Assembly: GCA_003971905.1 (NCBI GenBank)
Contig: RSEE01000040.1
Coordinates: 434,001 to 498,000 of the forward strand
DNA length: 64,000 nucleotides
From: Moniliella sp. 'wahieum'
Taxonomy: Eukaryota
Reading direction: 5' to 3'
Under the pieces are notes generated by a model. The model was given only the letters and a program-made list of their open reading frames with translations, was not told the DNA's origin and searched no databases. This document shows, one piece after another, positions 12,754 through 27,889 of this stretch. Position 1 is the first letter of the stretch. Every line of letters starts with the position of its first letter. The position numbers and the translations under genes were made by a program.

Positions 12754-15268
12754 TTATGCCGTCGGCTTCAGCGTCACATCCGACAGGACTTGAATGCTTC
12801 CCGGTACACGCCCAGCAGTGACTGCACGCGCTTGCGCTCCGCTTGGATTCCCTCATCCTCTTCCAGCAGGGTAGCAAAAGGTTGTCCTTGTACAGTCCCT
12901 TGACCAGCCGGTTCTGCACCGAGTCGCGAGTAAAGTTGACGAGCAGATGCATGATCGCCTTGGGTACTAGGTCCTGAACCATCTGTCGCACCACCCCAAA
13001 GTACGATGTGATCAGCCCCTGGATCAACGACGTCTCCATCTCCTCCCGCTCCGACAATCTTGGCTCGGCTGCATCTCCAGGGATCGGAGCCGCCTCCAAA
13101 TGCTTGCCCAGCGACTTCATATCGTAGGCTGCGCTCGAACCATCCAGCCCCCCCCGTCCGGCGAACAGGCTTGTGTTCGCTCGCCCCGGCGCGACGGCAG
13201 ACGCCCCGCCCAGCGCGGCTCCTGGCCCGGCAGTCGCACCGAAAAAGTACGTAAGGAACCCGTCGCCCTGCTTGGGCCTGCCGGCAGCCGAAGGGGTGGT
13301 AGACTGCGACGAGCTCGATAACCGACCATGTCCTGGCTCGACACCGCTTCCTGTCTTGCCATATCGCCCGCCATGGACCCCGCGACCACGCGGAGGCATG
13401 CCTGCGCCCTCTTTGCCGCCATCTGCACTCAAATCGGGCGAATCGGTGTCGTCGCCCGCTAGCCCAGGCGTACGGCGACTGGGAGGGTTGCTGGTGGTGC
13501 GTGCCCGCTGCAGCTGCTTGGTTTGCTCGGCAATCGCTATCGAGTCCTGCACGAAGGATGGATGGTTGGTGTTGATATAGGCTTCCTGGATGGCAATTAA
13601 GCTCTGAACGTAATCGCACGTTGGGCCCAATCGTTCCCGTAGCAGTTCTGAAACCGCCTCGATCAGTTGGCATGCAATCGGGGGAAGCGCTGCAGTTCCG
13701 GATTGGTGATGTTGTGGCAGATCTTCATCAGCTCTTCGTATACCAGTTCCACGCAGCGCAGTGACGGCGGTTCCAGCAACTTGATCTGCGGCTTGATCAG
13801 CAGCTCGAATGCCTGTTCCGGTACAAAGAGGCTGGGACGAGGGCCTGTGCTGTTGCGAATGGCGGTGCGAATGTCCTGCACAGTCAGGTTGCTGGTCGCG
13901 TTCAATCCCTCGAGCGCATGGCCAAAGACGTCATGGAAGATATAGTAAATACGCGCGCCGCCACAGAGTTCCTTGGTCGACATCTCAAACGAGGTGCCAT
14001 CAATCGACGCAGTAAAGTCGCGAGCAAACTGCGTCATGAGCTTGAGCACCATCGCGCCCTGCTCATTCGCGTCGACAGAACCAGCATCACCAAAGGCAGC
14101 CAATTCCTGCTGTGCTTGACCCACGAGGGTGTTGAGACGTGCCTTCATGTCCGGAAGCTTTTCCCGGATGTGGTTCATAAGAACCGCGTTGAGCGTGCGC
14201 GCCAAATACTTGGTCCCTGCACGATGGGCAATGCTGTGGTACGCAGGGTGGTTTCGGAAAAACTCCTGTTCGGCCTGCCGTGCCTCAAGCATCGAGACAT
14301 TGCCATTGATGTCCTGCTGCGAGCGGTTGACCACACCGATGAAACCCAGCTTGAGCGGATAGACCCGTCCGGTGAGAATGTCCATGGCGTGCGTGCCACT
14401 GTCCATCAGATCCAGCTTGGTCAGTACCCCAATTGTCCGTTGGCCCTGCGGGTCGACACTCCGGGCAAGTTTGAGGCTATCGCTGTTGGCCAAGTCGACG
14501 TTGGCCGGCTGATGGCGAGAATGATACAGTTGGGTTTGGAAATGTAATCCAGCACCAGGTCGCGGATTTGTCGCTCAATGTCCGAGGGCTGGTCCCCGAC
14601 CGGAATCTAGCCAGAGTCAGTCGGGATCCAAACATGGAAGGGGGGCGGGGGTGGAGGGGGGGGGGGGGGAAGAATGATACACACTTTGGTCAGACCGGGC
14701 AGGTCGACAAGGGTGAGGTTGAGCACGTTGGGCGAGTGGATCTTAACATGGATCGGGAGCTTGGACACCCCTTTGTTTTGACCCGCCACGCGGAACGTCT
14801 CGTTCTCAATTTCACGGCGGATGTCGTCAAAGTTGGTAAAGCGGCGATCAAGATGGAGGAACTCACCCCACTCGGCATGCTGCGGGGGGGAGATGCGGGA
14901 GGTACCGCTGAGGCTGTCATCGAAGTGTCCGTTGGATCCGGGGGTGGTGGCGTCGGGGGGGAGGGGTGTGTGGATAAGCTGGAGCACTAGCGGGCGGCGG
15001 GTAACGATTCCGCTCCCGCGCGGGAGAAAGTCCTTCCCAACAATGCTAGGGGCGGAAACAATCAAGAGACGAGGGTCAGCGATAAGGCGATGAGGCCTGA
15101 GGCGGCGCAAACCGTCAGCGGAGGTGGCCTGGCATACTCACGTCTCGAGCACAGAAGACTTGCCCGAGCTCTGAGCGCCGACGACGACACATTGCGGCAG
15201 GTCGACCTGTCACCTCCGATGGAAGCAAACGTCTCCTGGAGCTTGTTCACCGACTCGATCAGCGACAT
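12754..15268 (-). CDS. DNM1: Dynamin-related GTPase, mitochondrial fission (Dnm1/Drp1)
   Basis: [66 protein letters not shown] domain ([13 protein letters not shown]). Introns at about 15052-15141 and about 14608-14681. Confidence 0.92.
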
Positions 15269-15818
15269 GGTGGCCGCAGAACTGCCCGCCGTGGTCGTGG
15301 TGGAGGTAGGGGGGGTGGCGTGCGCTGAAAATGGCATGTGACGGCCTCTGTTTCTGCCCCGGCCTGGCCAACCCCCCCCGCGTCAACCAACACCAGGCTG
15401 GCACTGCCCCTGTGGCACCCTCTGCTCACACTCGCATCCGAACGCGTAGCTCGCAAACTGGCGCGCTGTCTGGCGCGCCTGCACGGGGACAGTGTCAACG
15501 CAGACGACGCAAATGGCAAAATGGGGCTAGGGTTGCAGCCGTGATATAATTTCTCCAGATCCTAGGTTTTTATCGTATCCGATCTCAGAAGCCGAGGCTC
15601 CCGAGCCTCACTCAGGCCTCAGGCTCAGGCCTCAGGGCCTCAGGGTCCCGGCAACGGATCTATCGTGTGCGTAGTGTCCAGCCCTGTCCGGCCTCACAGC
15701 GAGGCGTCACCGTATCGCGTTCGACCCTATCTCCCAAGGAAAATCGTCAATCGATACAACTAATGAAGGAGCCCATCCTGAACTGCTCAGCGATGATAAA
15801 GTCCATCCACGGCGTCTA

Positions 15819-16085
15819 CTACTGCTCCGTATACACTTCCAGCACCGTGCCAGCAGCCACTGTCTCGCCATCCTTGCGGAGCAGCAGCCGCGCCATTTCC
15901 TTGTTGGTCTTCACGTCCTCCAATGGCACTTCCTTTTGCTCTGCCCACAGCCGTTGCACCTCCGGCATGCAGCACAATCCTGACTTCGGCTGAAGTGTTG
16001 TGTGGCCTAGCACGCGTGGCCTCCGTCGCTTGACTTCGCCCGTCGACTTGTCCAGCGTGACCAGCAGCTCGGTCACCTTGGTTCA
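15819..16085 (-). pseudogene. HBS1: Isolated 3' fragment of an HBS1/eRF3-like GTPase (domain III only)
   Basis: Stitched VTELLVTLDKSTGEVKRRRPRVLGHNTSAEVRIVL...VPLEDVKTNKEMARLLLRKDGETVAAGTVLEV. No G-domain or domain II recognisable upstream. Confidence 0.65.
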
Positions 16086-17728
16086 TTTTAACCCCCGGCC
16101 TGATACCCAACTGTCACGGGCGGGCGCCGCCAGGGGGCCCGCCCTGGGGTTTTTGGGGTACAATCCCTTAGGCGACGGTAGGTCGACTCACGGTAGTTTC
16201 GGGCGTAGGCTGGTTGGTGTGTCCGAGCGGAGCTAGGGACGAGGAGAGGCCTTTGGTGGGGCGGCTGCACGTGTGGCAAGGCTGCGTCTGCACCGGCTTG
16301 GGCCGTAGTAACGTGTCTGAAGCCTCTGGGACTTAGGGACGGGAGGAGGCAGCGGCGGACAAACACTGCCTTAACTGGAACTGGGAATCGCCGCGACCGA
16401 AGGAGGGCTCGCGCGATTGGACTGACGAAGGGCTGGAGGACGAGGTCGGAGGAGATGTCGGACGCTAACAAGAGGAGCTGCCTGTACTGGATCAATTGGC
16501 TGGAAACGGGCAGGAGTCGGACAGGATAGGCGGGAAAGGGACGAAAGTGGAGACGAGAGGATGACGAGAATGGAAGGTGGGGGAAAAGATCCCCATCAAC
16601 CAGGGGTACAGGCAGGATCAAAGGGAAACGGATACAAGAGGGTGTGTAGAAAGGAAGACATGTCAACAGCGGGGTTGGTCGCCACAGGCGCGACCGAGAA
16701 AGGAAACGGAAACGGGGACGGGACGGCAGATGCCGCCACGGCACTGGAAGCTCGGTGGCCTTGTTTAGGCCGGCCGACTTGGACTTGGGCGGGGGGCGAC
16801 TATTGTCGCGCGGAGCATGGCCCTTCGGCCACGATACTTAATTTAGCCAACCATCATGATGACACTTGGTTGGCCTGCGGTGCACGCTCTACTTGGCATG
16901 TGCGGAGCAGGCGGGCCTTAGCTTGGGTCGGACCATCTCGTGTCCGCCGCAGCCCGTGACACCAACCACCAAGGAGTCAAAATCTGCACCACCACAATCG
17001 CCACCACCTCTCCTTCCGCCTCCCAGCCCTTCTCCTGGTTACGATGGACAGGGAAAAGCCGGTAAGCCGGGTGACCCGGGGAAGACTACTAACATGGATT
17101 TGACTTGCTGTGTGCCACACCAAAACCAAAAACACAACACAAAGGCTATCTGATTAGGCACACACTCTGGCGCTTCGTGCCCTGATGGCGCTGTTTGCCG
17201 GAGCAGGTTAACAGAGTGAAGCAGTTAGTTAGACCCCTCTACTGAGATGAAAGGGACCTATACTCTTTGTTGTACCACATGGAAAGCTGTCGCTAATGGA
17301 GGTCGTGCACAACTTGAGGTGTGCGATGAGCAATCTGGTCTTGAAAAGTTAAGTTCGGGGGTTTTGTCCGGGTTGCGCGTAGCTTCTTGCTGAAACGCAA
17401 TACAAGCCTATCCGGCAGTAGAGGCGATGGAAAGATTGTAGATGGGAAAGCGGATGCAGGTGGTTGTCGTCGACTCCACTATATGCGTGGGGCAGCAAGC
17501 TGGGAGAGGAACGTGAGCGCGCACGGGCCTCCTTTGTATATTGGCTTGGGGGCGCGGTTCTCTTCTGCGGCCCTGGCGTGCATTACATAACTCTCACTGC
17601 CATTGTAAGACCTCGTGCTATTAGGCGGGGTTGTCTCTTTGGGGGACACACGGACCCACAGCTCGCTCGGTCCAAGTCTGGCTTTGCAAGCTTGTCTGCC
17701 TACCACCGCTTCCTCCTCTCCCATCACC

Positions 17729-18991
17729 ATGCCAGCTGCTAAGACTACTACCACCACACCTGCACCAGCCTCGGCAACGTCCTTCATGGACGTTGAGGTA
17801 CCCAAGGTAATACGCTTTCCTTCTCCCGGTGGGTGCGCTGCCCGCCCCACCTTTCCGCCCGTGCAGAGCGCTGACTCTCGCTATTCAGTACCGCGCGGCA
17901 GGTGATGCGGCTGCTGCTGCGCTGGGAAAGGTTCTACCCCAAGCGGTAGCCGGAGCCAAGATCATTGATCTGTGTAAGGCCGGTGACGAGGCATTGGCCG
18001 AGGCGTTGGCCCAGGCTCCCTTCAAGAAAGCCACCAAGGGCATCTCGTTCCCTACCACGGTGAGCGTGAACCACATCATCTGTAACTACTCGCCGCTGCC
18101 TGTTAAGACATCGCTCAACCCGACCGAGGCCAAGCTGGCTGCCCAGGAGCATGCTGAGCAGATCACCGAGCTCAAGGATGGCGATGTGATCAAGATCCAG
18201 CTGGGTGCACACATCGATGGCTTTGCAGGTATCCTTGCCGAGACGGTTGTGGTGGGCGCGACCGAGGTCACCGGTCCCAAGGCCGACTTGATTGCCGCGG
18301 TCAAGGTGGCCGAGCAGGTTGCACTTCGTGCACTGAAGGTGGGCGCCACGAACCACGAAGTAGCCAAGAAGATTGAAGAGGCGGTTAAGGAGTTCACTGG
18401 CGTGCGTCTTGTCGCCGACATGCAGACCAACCTTATGTCCCAAAATGTGGTGGATGGCAAGAAGAAGATTGTGCTGGCCCCCGAGTCGGGCGCGCGGCCG
18501 GACACCGTCAAAATTGAGGAAAACGAAGTATATGGGTTTGACCTGAACTTGACCACGTCCAAGTCGGGCAAGGCCAAGTCGGGTGCCTACCCGCCCACCA
18601 TCTTCAAGAAGACGGACAAACATACCAGCTTAAGCTTGAGACCGCCCGGAAAGTCTTTGCTGCTGTGTCGAAGAAGGCAGGATCGTTCCCCTTCCAACTC
18701 GGCTCGGTTCTGCCCGAGTCGGAGCTGGTCCGAGCCCGGTTCGGTATCCAAGCGGCCGTCTCACACAATTTGGTGCAACCTTTCGAGGTGCTGTATGATG
18801 AGAAGGAGGCGCTGACCGCCCAAGTCTTCTTTACTGTTGCCACAAACAGTAAGGGGGCTATCCGCCTTACACCCGAGAACGCCGGGGGCTTCTACACTCC
18901 GGAGAAAATCAAGTCCACACAGACGGTGCAAGATGTCAAGCTACTCGAGCTCCTGGCCCAACCTGTGCGCGTTCCCAAGAAGAAGAACTGA
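17729..18991 (+). CDS. Ebp1/PA2G4/Cdb4-like protein (peptidase M24 fold, ribosome-associated)
   Basis: KYRAAGD, KGISFPTTVSVNHIICNYSP, LKDGDVIKIQLGAHIDGF, EENEVYGFD, AQVFFTV. Intron at about 17807-17888. Confidence 0.9.
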
Positions 18992-19474
18992 GTCTGCGAG
19001 AGAGAAATTACATTCATCCAACCTTGTCTTCCGTTTCGTTTGGCGCTCATGCATGATATGTCATCTTCTGTCTGCCTCCCCTTGTGATCCGTAGTAGTAC
19101 TGGTATGGCATACGATTGTTAAGTGTGTGCCCCCATAGCGAATCGAAGACGATTAGCAGGTGGCGTGGAAGTATAAGGCCGTGGGCGACGAAAGCGGGAA
19201 ATCGGTCAAGAGGCCGCAGGTCACGGTGACCGGTGACCCTCTCTGGCATAGCAACAACTCCCCGCCTTGGTTCGGTGCAACTTTCCCCGCTCCTTCCGCC
19301 CACGCGCACAGCTGCGAGTGGGGTTCCGCAGGCCATTTTTTTTGCGGGAGGCGGCACAGACGGCCGACACAAAGCGACTAGTGACTGCTGCGACCTGATT
19401 GGCTGCAACCCACAACTTGGCCGCCGTTCCCTTCCTGTTGCCACCACCTTGGACACCTACTATACCACCCCGCC

Positions 19475-21526
19475 ATGGCGACGTTCAAGAGCAACATTGC
19501 GCCTGTGCCCACGGCCAGCGACTTTCTGGACATTGTCCTGTCCAAGACACAGCGCCGAACCCCCACCGTTGTCCATCCCGGATGGAAGATCACCCGCATC
19601 CGCAGCTTTTACATGCGCAAGGTCATGTTCACCAAGGATTCATTTACTGAAAAGCTCGCGCTATTCTTGAGGAGTTCCCCATTCTGGATGTATGTGGTGC
19701 AGTCCGTTTTGATGGCGCTCCGGCTCTGACCTTTTCTTCCACTCTTCTTAGAACCTCCACCCGTTCACTGCGTCGCTCATGAACGTCCTGTACGATAAGA
19801 ACCACTACAAGCTCGCCCTCGGCCAGCTCAACACCGCTAAGCACCTCATTGAGCAGGTGGCAAAAGACTACACGCGCCTCCTTAAGTATGGCGATAGTCT
19901 ATACCGTTGCAAGCAGCTCAAGCGGGCCGCATGGGCCGCATGGCGACCGTCATGCGCCGTCAGAAGGACTCGCTTGCATACCTCGAGCAAGTTCGCCAAC
20001 ACATCTCCCGTCTGCCTTCAATTGACCCTTCCGCCCGTACACTACTTTTTGCGGCTACCCCAACGTGGGCAAGTCTAGCTTCATCAACAAGGTGACTCGG
20101 GCGGATGTAGATGTGCAACCGTATGCGTTTACGACCAAGAGTCTATTTGTTGGCCACATGGACTACAAGTACCTTCGCTGGCAGGTTATTGACACCCCAG
20201 GTATCTTGGACCATCCCCTCGAGGAGATGAACACGATTGAGATGCAGTCTATTACCGCGTTGGCCCATCTGCGCTCGGCTGTGCTGTACTTCATGGACTT
20301 GTCCGAACAGTGCGGCTACACGGTCGAGGCCCAGGTCCAGTGTTCAACTCGATCAAGCCCCTGTTTGGTGGAAAGCCCACCTTTGTGGTCGTCAACAAGG
20401 TGGATGTTCTCCGTCCGGCCGATCTGGACGAGCCGCGGGCCAAGCTGCTCCAGTCCATCGTTGATGAGGGCGCTGGCAAGGTCCACCTCATGGAGGCTCC
20501 ACTTTTACGGACGAGGGTATCATGGATGTGCGCAATGCAGCTTGTGACGCTCTGCTGCTTCGCTCCGTGTCGAGGCCAAATCCAAGTCGCACAAGGCGTC
20601 GCAAGACGATGTTCTGAACCGTCTGCACGTTGCCATGCCCAAGACACGCGACAACGTGGAGCGGAAGCCCTTTATTCCCGCCGGCGTCGTCGGTAAGGCC
20701 AAGTACGACAAGGACGATCCTAACCGGCGCAGGCTCGAACGGGACCTGGAGGCGGAGAACGGTGGTGCGGGCGTGTACTCGTCGGATCTGCGCAAGAACT
20801 ATATGCTGGAAAATGACGAGTGGAAGTACGATGTGATCCCCGAGATTGCCGATGGCAAGAACATTGCCGACTTTGTTGATCCCGACATTCTCGAGAAGCT
20901 CGAGGCACTTGAAAAGGAGGAGGAGAAGCTGGAGGCGGATGCTTCTATCACGAGTCGGACGAGGAGGTTGATGAAGAGGCTGATGAGATCCGTGCGACGC
21001 CAAAGAGATCCGGTACAGGCAGGCGGTGGCCAAGCAGGATGCCCAGCGGCGCAAGGCCAAACATACTGCTGTCAAGATCCCGCGCAAACTCCAGCAGCAC
21101 TCGATCAGCGAAATGGGTACCAAGCTCCGCGAATCAGGCATTGACCCTTCCAGCATCGAGGCCCGGGCCGCCGTCTTGGCCAAGGCCAAGGGGCTCGACA
21201 GCAAGCGGAAGCGCCGGGATGAGGATGAGGAGATGGGCGATGCAGAGGAGGCGATGGACACGGACGACGCCCCCCGCCGCAAGGCACGCAAGAGCAACGA
21301 GGGTCGGGGCGTTGCGACCAAGTCCAGCACCAAGCTGGGAACCCGCTCCACTGCCGGGCTCAAGGACGAGGCGCAGGCCAAAAAGGCTCTCAAGCTGCAC
21401 GACCTCTCCATCCGCCAGCGCAACTACCATGGGCATCAGGGCGAAGGAGACCGCGCCATCAAGGAAGCCCGACCTCAATGGCTTTACCGCGGCAAGATGT
21501 CTGCTGGCACCCGCCGCAGCCGGTAG
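19475..21526 (+). CDS. NOG1: Nucleolar GTP-binding protein 1 (pre-60S GTPase)
   Basis: [71 protein letters not shown]-terminal [21 protein letters not shown]. Intron at about 19689-19751. Confidence 0.97.
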
Positions 21527-21921
21527 GCTGTGCATATTCGCCCTGGCTTGCTCAGGTCTTGGCTGGGGCTGGGGCTGTATCGGTGCGGATTGGGATGCCT
21601 CTACTTTCTGGTCTCGTGTACTATTACTCCCCCACGCAACACTCATCCCCTCAATCAATCAATGCCTGTTACCCGAACCTGTCTCCATGACCCTGGTCAT
21701 AGCTTACCCAATGCTCTAGTACAATGTTTCCAGGTGTGGATCAGGCGGAAACGGAAGCGCTGTAGAAGTAGTCCAAGTTTAAGCTCCTCTGACAAAACGC
21801 CTCCCTATGAGGTTCGAAAAGGTGAAGAGAAGGTGGAATAGGATGAGCCAACCAAATGCATAGCGGCTGCACAAATTTTGAGAATGGGGAAAGGTGCAGA
21901 GGGGAGGTATAAGTGTATAAC

Positions 21922-22630
<709 letters not shown>

Positions 22631-22819
22631 GGGGAAGGACAGAAGGGGGTGGTGGGAGGGATGGAGGAGTGGCGGGCCGTGGCAAGGCTGCCAACTACAC
22701 ACCGCTGGACGAGAAATGAACGAAAACCAACACGGAGCACGGCACCAGTGTGAGGCATGCGCGCCAGCTGGACACTGGCCCTGCGCTCGTGGTGGATCAG
22801 GAGGGTCACCGGAGGCTGC

Positions 22820-23160
22820 GTGGATCATGCATCGTGGGTAAGCCTGTCACGCATGGTGCTGTGGATGATGCATGAGCGTCTGAGCGCCAAACCACAGCTG
22901 GTGGCCAGTCACATGACCGGTGAGGCCCTGAGGGCGTCGATGATTCAAGTGGGATCTCACCGCTACCGATCTTTGGTCACCGGTCACCCATTCACCTGCC
23001 CATCGAATCTAAACGTTCAACTTGCCCTGGAAGCTTGAAGGTTGAAAGATTGACGCTTGAATGCTTGAACGTTCAACACGTTCAACGTGGACAACATGTC
23101 ACGTGTCCAGTGGGCATCCCATTCAATCTCCAGGCCTCAGACGTGTGAATATTGAATTCA
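22820..23160. repeat. Palindromic 7-bp-period island in the divergent Ran/ILV3 intergenic region
   Basis: TCACC-GG-TCACC 22977-22988, TGAACGTTCA about 23066, TGAAT-AT-TGAAT 23146-23157, AAGCTTG/ATGCAT variants. Confidence 0.8.
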
Positions 23161-23400
23161 CGCGTCAGCCTGTCACACGTCCCGCGGCCGCACCCAAGCA
23201 GCGGACTGGTGCCTGTGGAAAACAGCTGATTCTTCGGATTTGTCAGCCTCCCCCGTCTCTTCTCCGCGGCCGTGTGTTTTCTCCGCCGCTTCTTCGCATG
23301 GACATAGCTGTTTCTGACCTTGCAAATTACACGTTGGCCGGCCGTCCCTACCGCCACCACCACCACCCCCGCTCCTTCCCCTTCGTCTCTCTGGGCCAGC

Positions 23401-25253
23401 ATGGGACTTCTCAGTGCGAGTAGGTCAGCCGCGCGTTCGCTCGAGTGGCTCCCGCGCGCCACGCCGCCGCCTTCTCGTCCTCCGCGCGTACCGCCAACCG
23501 CCCTCCGCCCGGAAACCTGAACAAATACTCACTCACATCACCGCCCCCAAAGATCAGGGCCGTCTCAGGCCATGCTCTACGCTACAGAGGGCATTGATTC
23601 GAAGCAGGACCTGTCCCGTGCCATGGTGGTGTGGCCAGCGTTTGGTATGTACACCATTCCTCCCTGTGTTCACAGAGCTAACCCTTAACCCAGGTACGAG
23701 GGCAACCCTGTAACCGGCATCTTCTGGGTTGGCCAGCGGGTCAAAAGTCTATCAATGAGGCCGGTCTGACGGGCTACCAGTTTGGCACCGTTGGTGTAAG
23801 TGATGGTATCTCGATGGGAACGTCGGCCATGTCGTACTCTTTGCCCTCGCGTGACCTGATTGCCGACTCGGTCGAGAGTGCCTGCGGCGGTCATGGCTCG
23901 ACGGCGCGGTTGTCATCCCTGGGTGTGACAAGAACATGCCCGGTGTGCTTATGGCGCTGGGCCGCTTAACCGCCCTGGTATCATGTTGTACGGAGGTACC
24001 ATCCGCCCTGGCCACTGCGGTGGCGAGACGCTGGACATTGTCTCGGCCTTCCAAGCCTACGGTTCTTACCTGGCTGACGGCCAAACGCTGAGGCAGAAAC
24101 CAAGCGGGCCAATGTTATCCGTAACTGCTGCCCTGGACCTGGTGCATGTGGCGGATGTACACTGCCAATACGATTGCATCGTGTGCAGAAGCGCTGGGCA
24201 TGTCTCTCCCGGGCTCCTCCAGCTTCCCCGCTGAGTACCCGAGAAGCTGGCCGAGTGCGACTCATGGGGCGGCAATGCGCAATCTTCTGGAGAAGGATAT
24301 CAAGCCGCGTGACATTATGGTTAAGAGCGCTTTTGAGGATGCGATTGCCCTGACTATGGCCCTGGGTGGCTCGACGAATGTGGTGCTTCACCTGATTGCC
24401 ATTGCTCGCACGGTGGGCGTCGAACTTTCTCTGGACGATTTCCAGCGCATTGCAGAGCAAACGCCCTTCTTGGCTGACATGAAACCTAGTGGCAAGTACG
24501 TTATGGAGGACTATGGCTCCAATGCGGTGGTATGCCGACCATCATTCAATACCTGATTGAGAACAAGTTCATGAAGGGTGAGCACATGACGGTCACTGGC
24601 CGCACTTTGGCCGAGAACGTGGACCGGTGGACGCATGAGCGCGGCAAGCTGCCCGAGTCTCAAAAATTGTTGCGCCAAAGGAGAACCCACTCAAGGCCAC
24701 GGGCCATCTGCGTATCCTCAAGGGCAACCTTGCCCCTGGTGGTGCCGTGGCTAAGATTACAGGCAAGGAAGGTCTGCATTTTACGGGCAAGGCACGTGTC
24801 TTTGACACGGAAGACGATCTGGTCCACGCTGTGGAACAGAACACGATCAAGAAGGGCGAGAGACGGTGGTGGTGTTGCGGTACAAGGGTCCCAAGGGCGG
24901 ACCAGGCATGCCCGAAATGCTCAAGCCCACCTCACTCATCATGGGGGCTGGACTCGGACAGGATGTGGCTTGTTTGACCGACGGCCGCTTCTCGGGCGGA
25001 TCGCATGGGTTTGTCATTGGTCATGTGGTGCCCGAGGCCCAGGTGGGTGGGCCAATAGCCCTGGTGCGCGATGGCGACACTATCAAGATTGATGCGGAGA
25101 AGAACACGCTTGACCTGGTGGATGTCGGAGGAAGAGCTGGCCAAACGCCGCCAGGAGTTTGTTGCGCCGCCGCTGAAGCCCACTCAAGGCACTTTGTTGA
25201 AGTACGCCCGCAACGTTGCGGACGCTAGCCATGGGTGTGTGACGGACCTTTAA
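23401..25253 (+). CDS. ILV3: Dihydroxy-acid dehydratase, mitochondrial
   Basis: [87 protein letters not shown]. Intron at about 23646-23692. Confidence 0.96.
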
Positions 25254-26220
25254 AATGACATTCAGTGTACATGTCCCCATCATCGACACATTGTATCAAC
25301 GAATGTTGGTGCATCACTGCGGGACTGATGGAGGTTTGATAATAGAGCCCCTAGGATGATCTGCGTTTAGTATTATACAGCTTCCTTAAAGGAGGTCACA
25401 TCTCTAGCCAGACTTGTCGGGCGTGACTCAAACGTTCAACATTGAGGGCACCCCTTTCGGGATAGCTAATTGCCAGTCCCTCGGCCTGGCCGTTTGTATA
25501 CCTTGTGTACCTGTGAGGGCCAAGTACTCTTTCATGTTTTTGTAACGTCTCCGGACACAATGTGCATTGCTGCTGCACGGGTCTATGGACCAATCTGGCC
25601 TGCGCACATGGCGCAAGGATCGACGATCAGCGTCATGCGTGGCACTGTATCCCCCCCCCTCCCCTCGTAGCAATACGAGAGCGCCACAGTCGAGTTCGAC
25701 TTCTTCTTACAGGTGTTGTCGTTGGAAAGGGATTGTTTAGGGCCATCCCATCATCAAATTTTTTCCCAGCGTTTTGGATAAAAAACTCGTTCCAGTTCAT
25801 TGCGTCCGGGCTTTACCGAAAAGATAGCCTACTTTGCCCTATTCCGGGATATCATCAAGAACAGGTGTGCTCAAGGACCAGAAATTAGAACAAGATAGCT
25901 TTTCGCTACATCGGACGTAGCACTTTGGTTCTAACCTGCATCGTGTTGTGTTTTACTAATATGGTTTCCGTACATTGAGTTTGATAAGTGGGAAGTGCAA
26001 CTGGATCAACGATACAGGGTTGTTTGGGGACGGCATGGGGTGAGAGTGGGTGCGTCCTGTCAAGGGACGAGTCCACGGTACAGATGCAAAAGGGCAAACT
26101 TGTGAACAAACAATAGACAAGAGAACAGTAAAGGTGTGGGCACAGGGGCGGGGATGGCCAGAGAAGTGCGTCGAACAATCCCGAAGAGGGGGCAATAACC
26201 ACACTTGGGTCGTGGCCACT

Positions 26221-27790
26221 CTAGTTAGAACCATCCTTCCCTGAAGGCGGCACAACTGGGGATTTCTTGGGCATAGGAACCGAACTAAGCGCGTTCTTTC
26301 CAGGCAACTTGAGCGCTTTCCATGCCGCTGCGCGCAGGTTCGGAGCAGAACCGCGTCGGTCTGTTGAAGAAACAGAAAGGGCTTGAGGGCCGTCGGCTTG
26401 CTTGGTGTTTTTGCCGCCCCATTTCCAGGCCCCAGAGAGCTTTGGATTCACCTTATAGGGTGAGGGTCTGCCAGCTGGAGCAGAGGCAGGTACACTCTGT
26501 CCATTCGGTAGAACAGAAGTGATCCTCGTTTTTCCTTCAACTGCTTCCCCTAGCCGAGACCAACTCTTGTTGCGCATCCTCAGCTTTGACAGCACTGTTC
26601 CGCCCGTCGAGTTATTTTCGTTTGACTTCGGCATGGAGATTGAGGTGGTAGGTACTTGCAAAGGCGCTGATGCATGCCACGCGCTATCTTGCTCCGGCGT
26701 AGCGGGGACGATGCTCCAGGGAAGTACAGTGCAGGCTCCTCGTCAGACGGATGGGTGGAGCGAGAGGAAGGAAGATGATCCAGGGAAGGTGCGTCCCAGC
26801 TCTCCTCGATCGACCTGTTCTCCGCATCCATTCCGGCATTTTCCTCGGGCCCCGCGGGCAAGTAAACCGATCCGCTGGACAGACTGGAAATGGAGCGAGG
26901 GGAGGCAAGGTTCGGTGTCGCTGCTGCGGTGGGCCCCGGAGGCGGGGCCATACGAGTGGGGACCAACGGCGAGGGAGGTGCAGGGGACGCGCTTGGAAGT
27001 GCATCAAGGCGCGGCGTTAACGAAGGCGACGCCAGGGGCGAGCCGGGAAGAGGAAGGACAGAGTACGGAGTGGTTTCCAACCCAATCATGAGTTCAGCAG
27101 GCACACTGACCAGCTCCTGTCCGCCTATCGTGGGAGAGCGAAATGGGCGCGGTAGGGTGGGCGTGCTAAGCATTCCGTGCACGCTGCTATACAGTGGCCG
27201 TGGCTTTGCGATTCAATCAGGATCAGTGTTCAGCGAGGGGGTAAAACAACAAGGACGTACATCAGTCAGGTTGCCTGTGCTTGTGGAAGCCAGATTAAGG
27301 TGAGAGGCCCAAGGACAAGACAGGTCGGTGGGGGCACGCAGATCAACAGCTGATCCAAGGAGGTGGGGCGAGGAGGCTAAAGACGCATTGCTAGAGGGCA
27401 AGACGGGAGTGGAAGCGGCGGTGGCAGACAGTTCCGCGCGAATCAGTGACAGCTCTCGCGTGTCTTTCCACCTTCTCCGGGGGGCCTGGGTTTGGGGGTT
27501 CTGCTGCTGCGGTTGCGCTGCGGTTGCCGTTGCCGTTGGGTGAGGATGCGGAGAGGCAGGGGCGTTGGCGGCTCGCTTTCCACCCAGTTTGAACTTGGCC
27601 ATTGAAATGCTTGGCAGACTCGGCAGAGGGGGGAGTGAGCCCTGCTTCTCGATGGACGGACGTCGGGACGCCGGTTTGAGGAGACGGCTGAGGCTGCGCG
27701 AGCTCTGCGACGGGGCAATGGGGGGAGGGCGAGGAGCGGGGGCGGGCGGAGCAGTGGTGGCAGTCGCTGTTACGGAGAGAGAGGCATGGC
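26221..27790 (-). CDS. Hypothetical Ser/Pro/Lys-rich protein
   Basis: Three tandem minus-strand ORFs (27213-27830, 26580-27182, 26221-26661) with continuous disordered-protein composition, linked by apparent frameshifts; no domain recognised. Confidence 0.55.
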
Positions 27791-27889
27791 CAGACAGAGT
27801 AGCAGCACGCAACGCCAGAGGATGCAGCACACAGGTGGTGGATCAGAAGGAAAGGAAAACAAGCCAGAAGGTATCGTTCCGGTATAACA

